Part shown: positions 1 to 12,157 of the stretch, piece after piece
Layout: each line of letters opens with the position of its first letter
How positions within the stretch are numbered: position 1 is the first letter of the stretch
Assembly (NCBI RefSeq): GCF_006345805.1
Contig: NC_043012.1
Coordinates: forward strand, 20,398,001 to 20,462,000
Length of the DNA stretch: 64,000 bases
Reading direction: 5' to 3'
Source: Octopus sinensis
Taxonomy: Eukaryota
The notes under the pieces: model-generated
What the model was told of the DNA's origin: nothing
Seen by the model: only the letters and a program-made list of their open reading frames with translations
Databases searched by the model: none
Program-made: the position numbers and the translations under genes

Positions 1-412
1 AAGAAAAAACGTATAATATTAGAGACAGAACAAAGCAATTAATAATATATGTATACAAGTATTAGTATTATTGGGCCGTAGCTATTCTAAATTTAGTTAT
101 GAATAGAGGATAGTTTGAAATACTTCATTAAAAAATTCAAAACTCAAATGAAGTTGCTGTTAACCATTAAAGATATTTATTGACTTATATAATATCTGTT
201 GTTGTGCCAAATCTGACACACGATTGATTAATAATATCAACATGTTATTCAAGAGAAGGAAAGATGATAATGACAATTATAACACTAAAGGCATGGTGCT
301 TTATAGGAAGAAAAAAAAGAATGATAACTGCAATAATGAACTAAATTATAATTAATATGATTAATAAAAGGAAAAAATAGCTCGAAACAAACAAGATATA
401 AATAGTATTATT

Positions 413-615
413 ATTTCTTTATTACCCACAGGGGGCTCACATAGAGGAGACAAGCAAGGACAGACAAAAGGGATTAATTCAATTACATCGACTCCAGTGT
501 GTAACTGGTACTTATTTAATCAACGACGAAAGGATGAAAGGCAAAGTCGACCTCAGCGGATTTTGAACTCAGAACGGCATTTCGCCCGGTTTGGTAACGT
601 TTCAGCCAGCTCAAC
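413..615 (-). mobile_element. tRNA-derived SINE, family A, with 16-bp TSD
   Basis: Reverse complement has a tRNA-like head (GTTCAAAATCC B-box-like) and the core GTCGACTTTGCCTTTCATCCTTTCG shared with many copies in the window. TATAAATAGTATTATT flanks both sides (397-412, 616-631). Confidence 0.85.
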
Positions 616-867
616 TATAAATAGTATTATTGCAATATTAACGCCATTATTATTACAATAATACTTTTTCAGTGTTACACAATGGATAAAGCATATACGT
701 AAATAGTACATAGATATCTATCATTTACATGAATGAGTTGATATATCTTTCTTGACGTGAAACGTGCAACTAGCGTAAGAAAGGAAAGAAAATCATAGGA
801 CTGAGTTGTGTGTTATATAATCTTGGGCAAAGAACATAGGGTGGTTCCAATTTTTATCTAGCCGTTA

Positions 868-1050
868 TGTGTGTGTCTGTGTTTGTGTGCGTCAATGTGT
901 TTGTTTCTCTGTGCGTGTCTCTCTGTGCGTGTCTCTCTGTGTGTCTGTGTATGTGTGTCTGTGTATGTGCTTGTGTGTGTGTGTGTGCATGTGATTGTTT
1001 CTGTGTGTGTGTGTGTCTATGTTTGTCTGTGTATGTCTATGCTTTGTGTG
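868..1050. repeat. degenerate (TG)n microsatellite
   Basis: Seen directly. Confidence 0.9.
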
Positions 1051-1404
1051 GACGGTGGGGAAAGTGTGTATAGTTGCGGAAATATGCACATATGGTGCAG
1101 ACTTTACGCGGAAAATACTCGTAAACACAAATACCAAGACACTTGAAAATACTGAAGGAGAGAATATTGCACATGATTCACTCAAATTTCAGTAACGAAA
1201 TATCAAAATTCAACCCAATTACGTGGCGAATATCACCTGTGAACGTAATTAATTAAACCGAAAAGTGGTTTTAGCTTCTTAGTTGATAATGATTGCATAA
1301 AATAAAAGCAAGTACTGCGTTCGTGGTTGATAGTGTGATTGCTATGGTGAGAATTAGCTTCACGCGAGTCTAGTGAACATCATTAATGGACGATTTACAG
1401 CTAT

Positions 1405-1492
1405 AAAATAATAATAATGATAATAATAATAATGATAATAATAATAGTAATAATAATAGTAATAATAATAATAATAATATGAATAATAATAA

Positions 1493-1543
<51 letters not shown>

Positions 1544-1570
1544 TGATGATGATGATGATGATAATAATAT
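1405..1570. repeat. (AAT)n/(GAT)n microsatellite
   Basis: Seen directly. Confidence 0.95.
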
Positions 1571-1752
1571 ATACACATTTAATATAGAACAGTGAGAACG
1601 AGTGCTCAACACAGCGTTAGTAGATTAGCATTTTTTATTTGTGTGATAAGAAGGCTAGAGAAATCTCTCAACAATTTTTCGAGATGTTTTTTCTCTACCT
1701 AAGACCATTCGTAGCCATGATAACCTACAGATAATACATGTTTGAGCGTGTA

Positions 1753-1794
<42 letters not shown>

Positions 1795-1838
1795 CGTGTG
1801 CGTGTCTGTGTGTCTGTGTAAGTGCATATATAAATTAG

Positions 1839-1887
<49 letters not shown>

Positions 1888-2089
1888 TATGCATAGTGTT
1901 TCAAGATGTGTATGTATAGATGCATGAGTTTATCTATATATGCTTTACTATTAATATACTTCGAGCAGTCTTTCAGCTAAATGAACCACAAGGCACTTGA
2001 AATTCTTTCTTACAAACGATGTAAACTCTAATGTAAAGTAGGAAAGAATATAAAATATAACATGATGCAAACGTGCTTAATAAGAAATA

Positions 2090-2649
2090 CGAGGCTGAGT
2101 CAAAAAGTAATGCCATTTTGTTTTAGGAGAGGTATAATTACCGACACAGGAACATGTATCATACATCAGAATGAAGCTGGTCATCTGTGGATCATATTAT
2201 TGCTCCTCAACATAGTCGCCGTTTCTCTCAATAGCAATGTTCCACCTTTGAATGAGAGCATGTATCCTTGCCCCGTAAAATTTTGCTGACTGTTCTTTGA
2301 GCCACTTCTTCACTACAGTTTTCACTTCCTCATCACTGGAATAACGTTTACCTCTCAAACCCTCTTTCACGGGGCCGAAGTGATGATAGTCTGATGGCGC
2401 TAAATCTGGTGAGTGCAGGTATTGACCATGTCAGCAACAAGCAATTCAGTAACTGCTCTTTTGAACGTAACTCTAAGGGGGCAGCCATTTTGAATTTTCC
2501 TTACCAGTATAAAAGCCTGAAAAGGAAGAAACAAAATATTTCAGAACGTAAATGATATAATCATTTATAACTGGGAAAATTTTCAGTTATTTTTATCAAA
2601 AACTTCACATGAAATAAAGAAAATGTTATTACTTTTTGACTCACCCTCG
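2090..2649 (-). mobile_element. internally deleted mariner transposon
   Basis: TIRs CGAGGCTGAGTCAAAAAGTAAT / ATTACTTTTTGACTCACCCTCG with TA on both sides. Minus strand reads HSPDLAPSDYHHFGPVKEGLRGKRYSSDEEVKTVVKKWL...IQRWNIAIERNGDYVE, a mariner transposase C-terminus, joined to a short N-terminal remnant. Confidence 0.9.
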
Positions 2650-3445
2650 TACATGTTGTGATGGCTGATGCTGTGAGGCTAAATTTAATACTTAATCCCC
2701 CTCCTATCACATCCTTTTTCTTAGAAAAGATTTAAAAAGGAAGACATTTGATCGTGTGTTTCTGATCAGCTATAATGTGGGCTGGTTATGTTTCGGTCTT
2801 CTTTTTCGATTAATCTGAAAAATGAAGGCTTCCCAGCAGACAAATGTTAACATTAACTGAGAATGACCTCCGGGCAATATTGCAATACAAACCTGTAATC
2901 ATCAAATGAAGCCTCACCACACATCCGCAATATTTATGGTTATAAGACACATTGGAGAATGATATTTGCTGTTTTCTATTTATGCACAAAGTACAGAATA
3001 TCCGTAATTTGCACAACTTCAGTCATAAGTCTACCCATTCAGACGCTAAACAACATTGACAAATCTCTATGACCAAAAGTTATGTTTGGTTTCTGTATAT
3101 ATTCTCACGAGACGAAATGTATATTATCGTATTACATTTTTAATTTCTTTGTAATTTATATAACATGTGGTAACGGCATTGCGATGTGATGAGCATGTCT
3201 TGAATTACGATATCATCGGGACTGTTCTGCGTGCTGTATTGTTTTTGGTATGATAACATCTCTTAGGAAAACATACCAGTTACAAAATTGCGTCATAATC
3301 CGGGATTGGGGGAAGGCCTTTATATTCTTGTCTTTGCTATGGTTGTTACTATCATAACTTTCAACACAATATAGTTACAAGAGCAACGTAAACGTAGAAA
3401 TTGTTCACGATCTCTTCAGTTCAAATCAATATCCAATGCATGAAA

Positions 3446-3660
3446 GGCGGCGAACTGGCAGAAAATTTAGCACGCCGGGCGAAGTGCTTAGCAGTATTTC
3501 GTCTGTCTTTACCTTCTGAGTTCAAATTCCGCCGAGGTCGATTTTGCCTGTCATCATTTCGGTGTCGATAAATTAAGTACCAATTGCATACTGGCGCCGA
3601 TCTAAATGACTAGCCCCCTACCCCGAAATTTCGGGACTTGTACCTAGAGTAGAAAATAAT
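3446..3660 (+). mobile_element. SINE family A
   Basis: GGCGGCGAACTGGCAGAA head, GAGTTCAAATTCC B-box and the shared core. Confidence 0.85.
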
Positions 3661-3949
3661 ATGCAATACGTGGCTATCTTCCATGCAATAAATTTTGCCA
3701 GACGAGACGCTTCTTTCAAGGAGATGAACATTATAAGAATATGCAGTCTTGCATTTTAAAATGAAAATGAGAAGCATTTCTCTATGATTGTCTGAGAACA
3801 TGTTTCCCATGCAATCCACAAAAAAATGTCATAATCACCAATGGAATAGAACGAAAATCATACTGAATCAAGCAAAATAGAATTTACCTCGGCCATCTAC
3901 AACCATGCCCACATCATCATTACAAATACTTATTTCTTCATAGTCTGAG

Positions 3950-4145
3950 TGTCTCTTTTATCACGGTTCACCTATCGCTCACTCAATACATCGCGGATTT
4001 TTCTGGCTAATATATGTAATTTTATATCTCGGACTCCTCAGTATTTCGCGGGTTTCTGCGAGCGTAGGTATTTATAATTTTAGATTTTAATTATTTCTAT
4101 GGGAGGTTTTGAGACGTAACACCCGCGATAGTCGGAGGATTACTG
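3950..4145. mobile_element. possible pogo/Tigger-like MITE remnant
   Basis: Ends in CGCGATAGTCGGAGGATTACTG. The left part has TCACGGTTCACCTATCGC...ATCGCGGATTTTT, resembling Tigger-type subterminal sequence. Left boundary is unclear. Confidence 0.35.
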
Positions 4146-4874
4146 TGTAAATTTTGTTATGTTTGATCGTATTTCTAAACATTGCTTCATTTATATATCC
4201 ATATCTTGGGAAATTCAAACAATTTACTTATTATTTTTCTGTAATATTTATTCGTGAATTTAGTGAGCATAAGCCGGATTCGCTCTCGATTTAGAAGCTT
4301 TAAATATTGTTTTCAATTCAGCAAGTAGTGAACAAGTGTATAAACACTGAGTCTGAGACGTATCAAAATTTAAAGTGTAACAATCAAAATGGTTGATTGA
4401 CTGTGAAGAACAAAGACACGCGCACAAAAAACAAAGAGAAAAAAATGAAATTTGTTTGAAGTCCAGGATTCTAGACGCCAGCAGAATTTACTTTGATATT
4501 GTGGCGAAAACTGATAACATTTGATAATGACTTTTCACACATAATTTATAATTTTTATTATAAACAAGTTTTATTTACTTTGTAACTTTTCAAGAGATAC
4601 AATTAAAGACACTCTAGTTCTTTCATGATAGAAGAGGCGGCAAATCCTTATAAGGACTGACAGCTTTGTTTATTTCATAGCAAATGATTCAAATTGTAGA
4701 TATTTTATAGAATTAAAATGCACCTTTTTAAAATTTTGATTAAGAGAAATACGTCCATGTCGTAAATAAAGAATTAAGAATACAGAAGGAATTAAAAACT
4801 GAAAGGATGTATAGAAAAAGTGACCTCGGCGAAATTTGAAATCAGAACACAAAGATGGGAGATTCTAATAGTAG

Positions 4875-5085
4875 TTTCAAATTTTCCCACAAGTGCAGCC
4901 ATTTTGGGGAAGGGGATCAGGCTATGACATCGACCCCAGTGTTTTAATTGTACTTAATTTATCAACCCTGAAAGGATGAAAGGTAAAGTCGACCTCGACG
5001 GAAATTGAACTCAGAACGTAGCGACGGGCGAAATACCGCTACGCATTTAAGCCCGGCGCGTTAACGAGTCTGCCAGCTCGCCGCC
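4875..5085 (-). mobile_element. SINE family A
   Basis: Reverse complement of the family A head and core, ending TGCCAGCTCGCCGCC. Confidence 0.85.
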
Positions 5086-5115
5086 TTATCGACGATTGTA
5101 ATAATACTAATAATT

Positions 5116-5340
5116 ATAATCCTTTGTACTGTAGGCAGAAGGCCTAATAATAATAAAAATAATACTTTCTACTAAAGGTACAAGGCCTGACATTCTGAGG
5201 CACGGCACTAGTCAATTACAAGGACCCCGGTATTTTACTGGTACTAAATTTATCAACCTCAAAAGATGAAAAGCAAAGTCTACCTCGGCGGAATTTGATC
5301 TCAGAATATGCAGACGGACGAAATTCCGCTAAGTTTTGCC
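5116..5340 (-). mobile_element. SINE family A, 5'-truncated, duplicated 3' tail
   Basis: Core GATGAAAAGCAAAGTCTACCTCGGCGGAATTTGA. The tail segment ending AAGGCCT occurs twice. Confidence 0.75.
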
Positions 5341-6000
5341 ATTATTAAAAAAATACGTGAGCCGGTGCCGTCAAAAATGACGGCTAATTGTAGTCTTTTA
5401 TTTACAAATAAGGTATAAAATAAGGTACATAATAATCACACATACAAACATTCGCATACTTCCCTTGTACAAGCACACACGTACAGACATATACTCAAAA
5501 AGTGTTGAAACGCTGTTTGATTTTTCTTTTAAGCGTTGAACGAGCACCATCCCATTCCCATTGCAAATACACACTCGCACATACACACACACACACACAT
5601 AAACATTCACATAGCTCCTTTTTACATACACACACATATACTCACACAGAATTGAAACGCTGCTCTTTTCACCCCTTCCTTTGTTATTTCTCTATCACCC
5701 TTTCTTTTCTCTATTGCTGTTACTTTCACTCTCTCTGTGTCAAGGTTATTACTCTCACTACTTCTCCTTCAATGAATTCCTATTTTCTCCCCCTTTTCCT
5801 TCAATTATGCTACTCTTTCTCTTACTCCTCCGTAAATCTGGACTAAGTTATATATATATATAAATATCCATATCCATATCCATATACATATATATATATA
5901 TATATATAAAATATTATTCGAGACAAAACCACTATTTTGCAAAACAAACAAGGAAAGACTTAATCAATACATAAATTTTAATAAATAGTCAAAAAAACCG

Positions 6001-6043
6001 CCACTACAATCGTTTCTTGTCTTGATCGACAATCTTCAGGTGG
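6001..6043 (-). ncRNA. type I hammerhead ribozyme (inverted copy)
   Basis: Exact reverse complement of 6090-6132. Confidence 0.8.
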
Positions 6044-6089
6044 ACTCCAATAATTCAGTGTCATAATTTGACACTGAATTATTGGAAGT

Positions 6090-6132
6090 CCACCTGAAGA
6101 TTGTCGATCAAGACAAGAAACGATTGTAGTGG
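6090..6132 (+). ncRNA. type I hammerhead ribozyme
   Basis: Helix I CCAC/GTGG; core CTGAAGA (6094-6100); helix II TTGTC-gatcaa-GACAA; GAAA; helix III AC-gatt-GT; GUA triplet, predicted cleavage after 6128. Confidence 0.8.
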
Positions 6133-6304
6133 CGGTTTTTTTGACTATTTATTAAAATTTATGTATTGATTAAGTCTTTCCTTGTTTGTTTTGCAAAATA
6201 GTGGTTTTGTCTCGAATAATATTTTATAATATTTTACTATAAAATCGATTTAATCCTAAATCTGATTTTTTCCCTGTAAATTTGGATTTATTCCCTAATA
6301 TTTA

Positions 6305-6397
<93 letters not shown>

Positions 6398-6454
6398 GTA
6401 TACAGGCAAATATATAAAAACACTTCACTCATTTCTGTATTAGGAGATACCTAA

Positions 6455-6612
6455 GGCGGCGAACTGGCAGAATCGTTAGCACGCCGGGCAAAACGCATCG
6501 ACGTGTTTCGTCCGTCTTAACGTTCTCAGTTCAAATTCTACCAAGGTCCACTTTACCTTTCATCCTTTCGGGGGTCGATAAATTAAGTACCAGTGAAATA
6601 CTGAGGTCGATG
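6455..6612 (+). mobile_element. SINE family A, 3'-truncated
   Basis: Head, B-box and core CCTTTCATCCTTTCGGGGGTCGATAAATTAAGTACCAG. Confidence 0.85.
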
Positions 6613-6649
6613 GTGGAAGGGTTAGTAGAAGCAAGAGCAGGAGCAGGTT

Positions 6650-6760
6650 AACAAGAAGAAGTAGAAGAAAAAGAAGAAGAAGAAGAAGAAGAAGAAGAAG
6701 AACAACAACAACAACAACAACAACACCAACAACTACAAGAATGATGATGATGATGATGAT
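6650..6760. repeat. compound (GAA)n(CAA)n(GAT)n microsatellite
   Basis: Seen directly. Confidence 0.9.
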
Positions 6761-7690
6761 TCAAAGAGACTCCCTGTCACCCTACGTTTCTGCTTTGCTA
6801 TGACCCCGCTAACACACTTGCTCAATGAAATGACCATGTGTTATAGATGCTGTAGATATACAATCAACCATCTACTATGCATGAATGATTTAAACATTTT
6901 CATTAAATATACCACAGAACAGAGAAGCCTTCTGAAAATTATTCATAGTGTAAACAAGGACATTGGGATGAGCATGGAACTGGACTAATGTGCCCAAGGG
7001 TCAACGAGAAGAGACAAATTAAGAAGCACTGCAAACACTGCATTCGACACAGACATCAGTAAATTAGACCAAAGTCGTTCATACGTATATCTAGGAATAG
7101 AAGAAACATCTAAAACGAAAGAAAAATATTAGGAGAAACATAAAGGAGGGTTACACTAATATTAAGCACTAAACTCAATGCTAAATGTAAGATAATAGGA
7201 ATAAACACGCTAGCCATACAAGTCATAACATTTCAGCTTCAACAAAATAAATTGGAAGATCAGTGAATTGAGAAACTTAGAAAAAACAGAAAACTATTAA
7301 AAACAAACCGAAGTCACCACACTAAAGCAGACACAGGTCGAATAAATCTACTCGGACCAGAAGGAGGTTGCGGCCTGATACAGATAGAGAGCTACTACAA
7401 ATAACAACAGTCAGGCAAGAAAAATACTTAGAAACTGGATGACTACTGTATGTAATAAAGTAACACGAAAAAAAAAGGTAATTTTTTCTCTATACACAAG
7501 TAGGTGATCTCAGATGCCAGCATATTAGAAATGGTCAAAGAACAAAAAAAAACAATATAAAAACAAAACTACAAAACGGAAATACAAAAAAAAATCAAGA
7601 GATAAATCTTTCTATGGCCAATAGCCTGCAAGGTTTGACAGAGAAGAAATGAGATAGACAAGTAAAAGCCAACATTAGTTAAAAAAAACT
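6760..7690 (+). mobile_element. decayed non-LTR retrotransposon RT/thumb fragment (R4/Dong-like)
   Basis: Broken frames give QRDSLSP (QGDSLSP motif), NHLLCMNDL (HLLYMDDL motif), DIGMSMELD, YLGIEE, GINTLAI and HHTKADTGRINLLGPEGGCGLIQIE. Many stops and frameshifts. Confidence 0.75.
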
Positions 7691-8032
7691 CTGCGCCAAA
7701 GCAACATTCAAAATAGGAAAACTAGTTAAGTGTAACAACATTACACCAGATAAAGCAAATGAAATAAGAGAATTAGACCCAAACCATACATACAAATACT
7801 TAGGAATCAATGAACTAGTTACCATACAACACGCAAATAAAAGGGAAGATAAAGATAAGAATGCTACGGACGAGTTGGTTTGATACTGAGACTAGAGCTC
7901 AATGTGAAAAACGAGATAATATGTATAAACACTCTAGCTGTCCCAGTTATAAGTTACAGCTACAATATTCTTAACTGGACTCTAAATGAACAAATCAAAA
8001 TAGACAGGAAAACAAGAAAAATATTGACAGGA
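7691..8032 (+). mobile_element. second, related LINE RT fragment, interrupted at 8033
   Basis: YKYLGINE ... LELNVKNEIICINTLAVPVISYSYNILNWTLNEQIKIDRKTRKILTG repeats the same RT region as the preceding fragment, with a different sequence. Confidence 0.75.
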
Positions 8033-8997
8033 TTTGCGTCCTTAAAAGATGGCCCATGTGTGTACAGTTGCTTCAAGTTGATGAATGAAGCAGTGAGTGG
8101 GAAAATGACCAGTTGACCGGTGGTGTTAGTTGAAAGATTTATACCTGGTAGTTATATCCAGTATCATAATTCATAACAAATAACGCTATTTGAGTCCGCT
8201 AGATAAGTCCCTTTGATTACAAATAAGGCCCTAGTTAAAAATTAAGGAGGCTCTTAAAAGTTTAAGTGCGATATACGATATAAATTTGGGTTACGTATAT
8301 AGGTATAATAATAAGTAAAGTGTTGTTATGTGTGACCAGGATTTACGACCCGTTAATATAGTTGATTACATTCTTAGTTTTACATTTATTTGTGAATTTA
8401 AAATACTTTATTAGCTGAATCGTCTAACCTCTGATTACCTCCTTTTGACCGCCCCTTACCAAATAGCACGATATAATATCATAGACTAAAAATATATTCA
8501 ATTTACTTCGACTAACTGAATTATTAATCTTAGATGCACGATGTACAACCGGAGCTACAATTCTCTTTAATATATTCACATTGAAGTTCGATCACTGACT
8601 AATATACTAATTGCTAGTGTTACCATTAGCACATATATGATTAAGCGGGTGATTTACCCTATTCTAGCCGAGTTGATTTGTTCTAATTATATTAGCGGGT
8701 TGTAAACACTGGCCACACATAACACCACTTTATTATACCGATTTACGTAACGGTACATCGCACTTAAACTTTTAAGAGGGTCCGTAATTTTTAACTATGG
8801 CATTATTTGTAATCATAGGGACTTATCTAACAGACTCACATAGCGTTATTTGTTATCATTAATGATACTGGATATTACTACCAGGTACAACTCTTTCAAA
8901 TAACACCGCCGGTTAACTGGTCATTTCCCCCTCTCACTGCTCCATACATCTACTTGAGGCAACTGTACACACACGTGACATCTTTAAAGGACGCAAA
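8033..8997. mobile_element. long-TIR fold-back (non-autonomous DNA transposon-like) element
   Basis: Arms ~8033-8363 and ~8685-8997 are imperfect reverse complements, starting TTTGCGTCC and ending GGACGCAAA. The ~320-bp spacer is non-coding and no TSD is seen. Confidence 0.7.
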
Positions 8998-9125
8998 AAT
9001 GTAAGCCTACATATCTAACGAACCTTTTCCTTTTCCTTTCTTCCCATTTTCCCTTTTTCACTTTTCGTTACCTTTTCTTTTCCACTTTTCTCCTGCCAAC
9101 CTTCGATCGCCTGTCTTTATTCTTC

Positions 9126-9492
9126 TGGTTAGGGCAGCGGACACGCGGTCGTATGATCGCGATTTCGATTCCCAGACCGGGCGTTGTGTAAGTGTTTATT
9201 GAGCGAAAACACCTAAAGCTCCACGAGGCTCCGGCAGGGATGGTGGTGATCCCTGCTGTACTCTTTCACCACAACTTTCTCTCACTATTACTTCCTGTTT
9301 CTGTTGTACCTGTATTTCAAAGGGCCGGCCTTGTCACACTGTGTCACGCTGAATATCCTCGAGAACTACGTTAAGGGTACACGTGTCTGTGAAGTGCTCA
9401 GCCACTTACACGTTAATATCACGAGCAGGCTGTTCCCTTGATCGGATCAACCGGAACCCTCTTCGTCGTAACCGACGGAGTGCTTCCATTCC
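9126..9492 (+). mobile_element. tRNA-derived SINE, family C, slightly 5'-truncated
   Basis: Near-identical to 35426-35800; B-box-like TTTCGATTCCC. ATTCTTCTGG is duplicated at 9119-9128 and 9493-9502. Confidence 0.9.
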
Positions 9493-10265
9493 ATTCTTCT
9501 GGCAAAGTTCAAATCATTCTGGTGGCATTTGTTACATGGAACGAGATAAACACAAGTTTACCTCAAAAATAATAAATTTAAACAGCTGTAAATGTTATCT
9601 TAAACATAACTAAACTATGATCATTCAATACTAATGATCAACTTCTAATTGTTATATGTTGTTCCATTTCTTCTCTGATCTTATATATATATATATATGT
9701 ATGTATGTATATATATTCGGGAGAAGGAGAAGAAAGTGATGTGTTAATATAACTTAAAGAACACCCTTTTAAAAATATTTCGTGTATACATTTACATGTA
9801 ATATTAATTCAAAATTTACTTTTGTCTGTATGCCTGTCCATATCTAGTCATAATTTAAAGTTGATACCAATGTAAATAAGTCGAGTAGATTCTAACAGAG
9901 TTCAATATATTTAAGTCATTAGAGTAATTGCGAAACGATGTAATGTATTATGAGCTGGGGCAAAATGCTAATTTCAAATTTAAATTATGTTGAACAAAAA
10001 TCAATAATAAATTTAATACTTAAATTGAAATAATTATCTCACTGAAAAATATGATGAAAAAAATGAAGTTTGATAATAATTTTTCAGGCAAGCTTGCTTT
10101 AAAAAATAGCAAATTTCTCAATTATTAATTGCTCACCAGACGATTTAATTACTTTCTGTAAATATTAAATTTTGTTACAGTGAGGCGTTGACCCGTTTTC
10201 TCGAGAAAAATGCCTCATGCTATAATACGATATGAATATATATATATATATATCTACACATAATA

Positions 10266-10450
10266 TTTTACTTGTTTCAGTAATTAGACTGCGACGACGA
10301 CATGGACCACCTTGAAGAGTTTAGTTAAACATATCCACAACCGTACCACATTAAAGTCCAGTATTTATTTTATCTTTTCGACGAACCGCCAGAGTATGAA
10401 GAGTAAACAACCAAATACCCCTTGACAAGTAGCGGTGGGGAACAAACCCG
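10266..10450 (-). mobile_element. SINE family B, degenerate 3' half
   Basis: TTTTACTTGTTTCAGT...GACTGCG matches the reverse complement of the family B 3' end. Confidence 0.65.
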
Positions 10451-10477
10451 ACCGAAAAGACACGCACATACACACAC

Positions 10478-10508
<31 letters not shown>

Positions 10509-10691
10509 TAGGGTAAATCACTTCTTACCCTCGCCCATTTATTAAACTTAATAGTGAAATTGCCACGCAATAACCAGCACTTGAGTATTAATATCTGGGT
10601 ACACTACCGGCAGTATATTGGACAGTTACTATCCCTTAGTTGGTTGGAATTACAACCTCCATCTCTCACTGAATGATATATATATATATAT

Positions 10692-10980
10692 ATAATTTCA
10701 ACAATTGAGGGTAAAATTAATTAGTTATTAATCAATTTCACCAAGTATTCAGTATGTAAAGGGACCATTTAAGGCGAATTCAAAATATTACATTGTATAA
10801 AAGGGCTTAGTAAAATAAATTACTTTGCCACATACTGAACTCATTAGAAATAGCAGCCAAAACAAAGAAGGATTTTTTAGCCATTTCTAATACTTAAAGA
10901 AAATTTCTCTCAGATAGTGTTTACTCAAAATAACCCACGAAGGTATGGGGGGTAAAAACATTAAAAAATCACAAGTACAT
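10692..10980 (-). mobile_element. unclassified insertion between (TA)n tracts
   Basis: Unique ~290 bp bounded by TA runs. The minus-strand end TTTTACCCTCAATTGTTGAAATT loosely resembles the tail end at 33165-33190. Confidence 0.35.
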
Positions 10981-11016
10981 ATATTATATATAAATATATT
11001 TATATATACACATATT

Positions 11017-11047
<31 letters not shown>

Positions 11048-11407
11048 TATATATATAACTGTGTGTATATATAAATATGATGCTATTCTATATCAGATTA
11101 TGCAAAAAATAACATAACGAGTATATCTGAAAGTAATCTCGTGGTATCTTTATACACATCAAGAAATAATACTTTAAAGATAAAACCAGTACACCAGCAA
11201 GATATGAAAAGTATACTTCCTTAATTATCATTAATTTCTATTATATATTTTGAATATGTCTAGATAAATATATATGCAATTATATGATAATCAGGACCCC
11301 AAGGCACGATATATAGAAGCATGTAATGCTAATGGTTTGTACGTGATTCATTTGAAAATTCGTTCTCCCACATTACATATATACATACATATATGTATGT
11401 ATATATA

Positions 11408-11452
<45 letters not shown>

Positions 11453-11680
11453 AATATATATATATATATTATATATATATATATATGTGTGTGTAACTGA
11501 AAACTTAGATAAATACGTCTAATTAGATCACTGTGTTTAAATGTTGTTTAGAGCTCTAGCAGAGTTTAAGCTACCTGTTGTCATCCGTAGTTGTGGTACA
11601 CTTCCGCTGGATTTGCTTTAGAAAACACACGTTCTACCTAATAAAAGTCAATACGAAATCCAGCACCTACTATTAATGTG

Positions 11681-11713
<33 letters not shown>

Positions 11714-11767
11714 ATGTGTGTGTGTGTTCGTGTGTGTGTGCGTGTGTGTGTATGTGTGTGTATACAT

Positions 11768-12157
11768 ATACAACGGGCTTATTTCCGTATACCAAATCCA
11801 AGTTTTACTCGGCTCAAGACTATATCAGACACAATGGCAGAGTGTACATCTGCGTGGAGATTAATTTGGATGCAAAATTCTTACCACACAACCACGGCTG
11901 CTCCTTATATATACATTCATGCAGTAAAAGAAATAAGAATGTGGTAATATTTTCCGGATATCTTGATAGAGACACAGCAAACGGAAAATTGTCTGAGTTC
12001 AATAGGATTTCTATCCACCATATTCTCTCCCCAGTTATTAGTCGGTCCATAGCAATAGGTGAAAACATTTGTTCAATATATGGAACAACAGCACTGAAGT
12101 CCGAAGTACATGGCTGCATAGCAAGTCTCTTAATCACACGCTCATATCTGCGCCTAC
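11768..12157 (-). mobile_element. two old SINE family B 5' halves (11768-11903, 12008-12157)
   Basis: Minus strand GGCGCAGATATGAGCGTGTGATTAAGAGACTTGCT... aligns by eye to the head of 53881-54040. Confidence 0.6.

Larger units (their letters stand above)
5905..6310 (+). mobile_element. (TA)n-embedded fold-back element with two hammerhead ribozymes and a conserved 3' tail (Penelope-like/retrozyme-like)
   Basis: Arms 5905-6063 and 6069-6228 are reverse complements with one 1-nt indel, around a 5-nt loop. Tail 6229-6310 is homologous to ~42810-42895 and ~33110-33190. (TA)n lies on both sides. Confidence 0.75.

Noticed and set aside
8033-8997. Superficial resemblance to mitochondrial 12S rRNA (GTACACAC)
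   Set aside because: Conserved 12S motifs are not present in order; the inverted-repeat structure explains the region.
11820-12137. 105-aa ORF downstream of an apparent splice acceptor
   Set aside because: The sequence aligns to an old SINE family B head on the same strand.
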